This document shows positions 45,210 to 50,109 of a stretch of DNA of 50,109 bases, in pieces. The stretch is from a virus (taxonomy: Duplodnaviria; Caudoviricetes), in the IMG/VR virus record IMGVR_UViG_3300025383_000034, positions 1 through 50,109 of that record; one strand, written 5' to 3'. A program made the position numbers and the translations under genes. Below the pieces are notes generated by a model, which saw nothing but the letters and a program-made list of their open reading frames with translations, was not told where the DNA came from and did no database searches. Numbering within the stretch: position 1 is the first letter of the stretch; each line of letters opens with the position of its first letter.

Positions 45210-45976
45210 TACGCAATGTCTCCAATCAAGGTGAAGGTGTTGGTTGCTACGCAGATAATGGTTGCAGCCGAGTATTGGGTACGCAGCTTGGTGCCTGTAC
45301 CCGTAAAGGTTGATGTGCCGTCGTTGGCTACGGTTACCTGACCTGCGCCAGTTTGCTGGATGTTGACGGCTTGACCGACGCTAAACACACCCGATGGGAT
45401 AGTCAGGGTAATTGAGCCAGTATTGTAGAGCGTTACCAGCTTGGCTGCGTCAGCAGCTACAAGGGTGTAACTCGTACCAGTCTGAGCATTAATGCCCATG
45501 CTGATAACTGGCGAGGTAAGAACCGCTGAGCCGATGGTTGGGGCTGTGCCAAATACTGCCGATCCAGAGCCTGTCTCATCTGGCAGCAAGGCTGCCAAGT
45601 TAGCCGAGGTTGGAGTTGTTAAGAATGTGCCAAGGGCACCCGTAATACCGTGTACGCCATTAGGGCCAGAGCCGATGTGCGCTCCAGCATCTGTCATATC
45701 CTGAGCTGTAATCACGTGACGGACAACAGCACCAGAGTTGTGAGCCTGAGCAGTGGTTCCGTTAAAGCCACGCTGAACCGTCAGGGTCAAACCTGAAATG
45801 TTGGTAACGAGTACCAGCTCTTCGGCAGAGGTGTTGTAGTCAACAGCAAGCACAAATGGAAAGCTGCCTGGGTAACCTACAGTAGCTCCAACCACCATGG
45901 TGGTGGCAGAGTTAGTCATCGCCGAAGTGAGCGTCGTATCCTGCGCCGTAGCGCTGTAATATCTATTTTGTGCCAT
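45209..45976 (-). CDS. Proximal tail fibre protein (second copy)
   Basis: Identical translation to 3230-3997. Confidence 0.7.
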   Translation of the reverse strand: MAQNRYYSATAQDTTLTSAMTNSATTMVVGATVGYPGSFPFVLAVDYNTSAEELVLVTNISGLTLTVQRGFNGTTAQAHNSGAVVRHVITAQDMTDAGAHIGSGPNGVHGITGALGTFLTTPTSANLAALLPDETGSGSAVFGTAPTIGSAVLTSPVISMGINAQTGTSYTLVAADAAKLVTLYNTGSITLTIPSGVFSVGQAVNIQQTGAGQVTVANDGTSTFTGTGTKLRTQYSAATIICVATNTFTLIGDIA

Positions 45977-45985
45977 CTGCCTGCC

Positions 45986-46876
45986 TTAGCGAGAGTAGTG
46001 TGTGCGTGGTGGATATTGTTCTTGCTGGCGACGAATTTCCACCTGCAAGCGTTGCTGGTACATCTGATAGAAATAGCGAGACATGTTGGTAGCAGAGCCA
46101 ACTGGGTTGGACTGTTGCTGCGCATCCGCTTCAGCGGTGATGGCTGGGATACGGCCCATGTCAATATAGGCAGCTGAGCGATACGCTGCGCCAAGGATGA
46201 TTACTTCACGGCACGACTCTGGCAAACCAGTCAATGTAAAGTCATCGTTATCGTTTTGTAGCTGAGTAGGCTTTTTGGTGTAGACAACCTGAACAGTACG
46301 ACCTGGGATAATTCCATCGGAGATGGAGATAGTCTTGCCGCTGTTCCACGCTAGTGGGTTAGCTGTACGGTCAATGCGGTAGTGGCGAACTGGTAGCCAT
46401 TCTAAAGAAGGCCCGATGGTCTGCCACGATACTGCCAAAGCGTCGATAGCTTCCTGCGGTAGCTGGTAGGTAGTACGAGCTGCAATGAATGGGAAGGTTG
46501 TGTAGTACACGCCAAACAAGTCTGGATAGATAGCGTCAATCGCTTCGTTAATATCCTTACGGATCATGGCCCGTGGGAATGAAGGAGTGATGGTAACGCG
46601 TGTACCCGCAGTGTGTGGCACTGGGGTTGTATCTCTAAAACCACGACCATATGGCGGAATGGTCGCAGTGTTGGTGGTGCGGTCAAACGAGTCAACCCAG
46701 ATTAGCTCTTCGTCAATTTCGACAATACCGCGTGTAAGGACTGTTCCATCGGCTACCGTAAAGGTAGTCGCTGTGGCACTTAGGTCCGCAGTAAGGAATG
46801 TGGCTTGGTCCTGGCGAGAGGTATAGCCTGTGAGGGCTAGTGCCGTCTCATCAATTAAATCAGAGAATAAAGTCAC
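45986..46876 (-). CDS. Probable head-tail adaptor (second copy)
   Basis: Identical translation to 4007-4897. Confidence 0.55.
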   Translation of the reverse strand: MTLFSDLIDETALALTGYTSRQDQATFLTADLSATATTFTVADGTVLTRGIVEIDEELIWVDSFDRTTNTATIPPYGRGFRDTTPVPHTAGTRVTITPSFPRAMIRKDINEAIDAIYPDLFGVYYTTFPFIAARTTYQLPQEAIDALAVSWQTIGPSLEWLPVRHYRIDRTANPLAWNSGKTISISDGIIPGRTVQVVYTKKPTQLQNDNDDFTLTGLPESCREVIILGAAYRSAAYIDMGRIPAITAEADAQQQSNPVGSATNMSRYFYQMYQQRLQVEIRRQQEQYPPRTHYSR

Positions 46877-47157
46877 GATGCAATCCTTGCTGCTGCTTCT
46901 GCCTCGCCAATACCGTAGGTACCAGCCAGTGCGTTTAATACGCCAGGTGTGTCTAACTTGAGGTTCACTCCGCCATTGCGGTAAGCGTAAATCTGGTTGA
47001 GTGCGTCAATACCACGGGTTGCATTGTGGCCAGGGATGACAGCGTCAGCCCATTTTACGCAAGCACCGTTAAAGTCGTACTGAGGTACGCCGTTGATAAT
47101 AGTGCCAGCTAAACGGTTGATGTGATACACCGTAGACAACCCGCCGTAATTTGCCAT
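46873..47157 (-). CDS. Hypothetical protein (second copy)
   Basis: Identical translation to 4894-5178. Confidence 0.65.
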   Translation of the reverse strand: MANYGGLSTVYHINRLAGTIINGVPQYDFNGACVKWADAVIPGHNATRGIDALNQIYAYRNGGVNLKLDTPGVLNALAGTYGIGEAEAAARIAS

Positions 47158-47613
47158 TTACTTGCCTTTCTTGGAATGGTATTTCTTTGTAGCCTTAACA
47201 CCAGCGGCAATGGTCTTAACTCCAGCCACTTTGGTTAGGTCAATAACTTTGCCACTCTTATGCTTGACAACCACATCTTTGGTAATGGTGTGAGTCTTAC
47301 CACCAACCTTGATTGTCTTTGCCATTACTTAGTGCCGCCTACGCCCTTATATTCGCCATAAGGAGTTTTGGTTGGCTTGCCAGTGAGCTTCTCGTCAAGC
47401 TTGCCAATGGCGTTCTTATCGCAGCCACATTCTTTGCACATATTACTTACCTTTAACTTTCTTGAGGTTTGGGTTTTTCTTCTTTGCTGCTGGACTTGCA
47501 TTACGAGCGCCAGCTGCAAGAATTGCACCAGCGTTCTTCATAGGAATACCTTGCTTCTTAGAAATAGACTTTGCCGCTGCGGCAAAACCCATACCCTTTT
47601 TTGCTGCTGCCAT
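47158..47613 (-). CDS. Three small basic ORFs (second copy: 47158-47325, 47325-47441, 47443-47613)
   Basis: Copy of 5179-5634. Confidence 0.65.
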
Positions 47614-48009
47614 TAGAGCGCACCAACTTCCTTCATAGTGTTTGCGAGTGGTTTATCTATCTTTGATGCGGCTGGCATATACTCTGCGTTGTACGCCGTA
47701 CCAAGCTTGTCACTAGCAGCCTTAGCTTCCTGGACTGCCTTCATGGTTGTGCCTGCTGGCTGAATACCTTGTGAGCGAGCATCCGCGTAGGCGTTCAGCT
47801 CTGCGTTCCACTTCTTGTTGCTCATGCTGTCAGCTCGGCCAGCATCGCCTGTGCTTAGCTCTAGTGTGCGGAGCTTGCAGCCAAAGCAGCCATCGATATA
47901 ATCAGTATGGTTAAGATGATCCGATGGTGTTTCTTCAACCACTGGCGGAGTTGTGAAAACTTCGTCGCATCCAGTGCAACCATATTCAACGGGAATAGAG
48001 TTGTAACTC

Positions 48010-50109
<2,100 letters not shown>

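Overview
The window holds about 1.2 genome lengths of a ~42 kb tailed phage, probably short-tailed and lytic. Two WhiB genes, TANNNT leaderless promoters, a CRP/GlxR box and an amidase endolysin point to an actinobacterial host. No integrase, repressor, tRNA, CRISPR array, DNA polymerase or RNA polymerase was seen. One unit genome spans 41,979 bp (for example 2068-44046). A minus-strand virion module runs terminase, portal, internal/ejection proteins, scaffold, major capsid, collagen-like fibre plus glycosyltransferase, adaptor, tail-tip paralogues, HNH, tail protein and lysis genes. A minus-strand replication module carries a split Cas4-like nuclease, helicase, resolvase, split primase, DNA methylase, Ntn-protease, phosphoesterase and sigma factor. 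A plus-strand early module carries an Ocr-like acidic protein, small Cys-rich ORFs, two WhiB proteins and a transglycosylase. A ~5.5 kb block occurs twice, apparently identical (2068-7583 and 44047-49562). Its flanks are homologous but clearly diverged, so two related phages are joined here, either by assembly or by recombination. Main leads: a pseudoknotted RNA leader before the scaffold gene; a Cas4-like nuclease split by three ORFs; a swappable triplet of tail-tip paralogues beside an HNH gene with an insertion scar; an Ocr-like DNA mimic; a G10 tract in the methylase; and heptamer and GNA-hairpin signals in the non-coding regions. All calls were made by eye from sequence motifs, with no database searches.
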